Source of the DNA: Eledone cirrhosa
Taxonomy: Eukaryota
Reading direction: 5' to 3'
NCBI GenBank assembly: GCA_964016885.1
Contig: OZ024748.1
Coordinates: 43,772,001 to 43,836,000, forward strand
DNA: 64,000 nucleotides
A model generated the notes under the pieces. It worked only from the letters and a program-made list of their open reading frames with translations. It was not told the origin of the DNA and searched no databases. Below are positions 62,561-64,000 of the stretch, in pieces. The first letter of the stretch is position 1. Every line of letters begins with the position of its first letter. The translations under genes were made by a program, and so were the position numbers.

Positions 62561-62930
62561 GTGTGTGTGTGTATATATATATTCTTATGCCAGGAACATC
62601 TTCACGAACCAAAGTATTGTCTTCCTGTTTTCCTTCGGTTGCAACGTTTTTCGAAATATTTACATCTGCGTTCACAGATTGATTTTTTTATCTTAGTTTC
62701 AGAAGATCCCGTTAAGGGTGAAAGCAGCAATTCTTTGCTTAAACTTTAATCTGTTATTTTAATATATATATATATATATATATAATTATATATCCGTGTA
62801 CAGATATTTTTGCATACACAATAACAAAATATAAACAAACATATTTCACGAGGCTCGATAAGCATAAATATATATCAAATATATAAGAACCCTAGAGAAA
62901 ATCCCGAGCAACGCCAGGCCATTCTGCTAG
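62232..62930 (+). mobile_element. Short non-autonomous Helitron
   Basis: 3' end cccgagcaacgccaggccattctgCTAG|t nearly identical to the 27.7-kb Helitron; 5' boundary blurred by (TA)n. Confidence 0.75.
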
Positions 62931-64000
62931 TATATACTAAATTCAGAAATGAATTCAAAAATGGCTAAGAACTATTACGTGGCTAGCGGTTAAGGCAGAA
63001 CATTTTTGAATTCATTTCTGGCGGGGATCACAATAGAAATTTTAGTCCAGACTCGAGGTGTCTCTTGATAAGTTCCAAGCCTCGTGGATAGATCCAGGAT
63101 TGGATATATCCGCAGAAAAGGAACGAAACTGCTGGCATCGAGACTAGAGGAATTTTTTCTTCTTACTTCTATTTTATACCTAACTCCGTGTAGTTGATTA
63201 TTTGTCTAGTCAATTTCTACAGGCTAAAAGAAATGACTAGATAAATTTTATTTGGCTGTCCCTCGCAGAAGATAGTCTGTATCATTTGTCTATTATTTCT
63301 TCATAGTTACATTTTAAACTGATAGCCTCGTTTAAATGATTATGTGGTTGATTTCTACGGACTAGGGAGGGGAAATACTGTATATATTTTATCTAACAAT
63401 TCTTCAAACTTGCAATTTCATATATAGCTCTGATTAATAATTATTTGCTTAATTCTTTATTGAGCCACACTGAAAGGTAGCCACACTCATATATGTATCT
63501 GTGACTATGTCTAATTATATACATATATCCCTTTGAATTTAATATATACTCCCGTAAGGTAGAGTAAAACTTTAGGCAGTATCTGGCTGTGCTTTCTAGC
63601 AATCAGCCTACTCACCGCCTGGCAACCAATCACAATTTTCTGCCTTGACCGCTAGCCACGTGGTAGTTCTTAGCCATTTTTGAATTCATTTCTGGCGAGG
63701 ATCACGGGTAGAAATTTTAGTCCAGACTCGAGGTGTCTCTTGATAAGTTCCAAACCTCGTGGATAGATTCAGATATATATATATATATATATATATATAG
63801 TGGAACCTCAATTCACGAACACCTCTCGTTATGAACAAATTGGTTCATGACCAGTTTTTCTGAACATAAAACGTCTCAGTTCACAAACCATGTCTCAAGT
63901 AACAAACACACAAGCTGGCAACAATGGTTGGTGACAAGCTGGGAGTACTGGTGGGAAAGTATCACTTGCTGTGTAGTTAGTTACTGTGGTGATATCTATC

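Overview
AT-rich, repeat-dense animal DNA; the SINE, RTE and microsatellite content looks like an octopus-type cephalopod (inference). The whole window lies inside one minus-strand gene, the actin nucleator Spire. Eight coding exons with GT-AG boundaries and matching phases encode the end of the KIND domain, the four WH2 motifs and the following linker. The 5' KIND exons and the Spire-box/FYVE exons fall outside the window. A 39.4-kb intron (10251-49663) separates WH2-C from WH2-D and holds two candidate alternative start exons. The introns contain one full-length intact RTE LINE with a PHD finger inside its RT, truncated RTE and CR1 copies, a deleted Helitron, a decayed mariner, MITEs, tRNA-derived SINEs and several satellites. 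The most unusual signal is a set of long palindromes and related short elements carrying type I hammerhead ribozyme cores with palindromic loop 3, as known from Penelope-like element termini. The best-preserved copies are antisense to Spire, while sense copies are mutated, weakened or trapped in hairpins. All calls were made by eye, and repeat boundaries are approximate unless exact termini are quoted.
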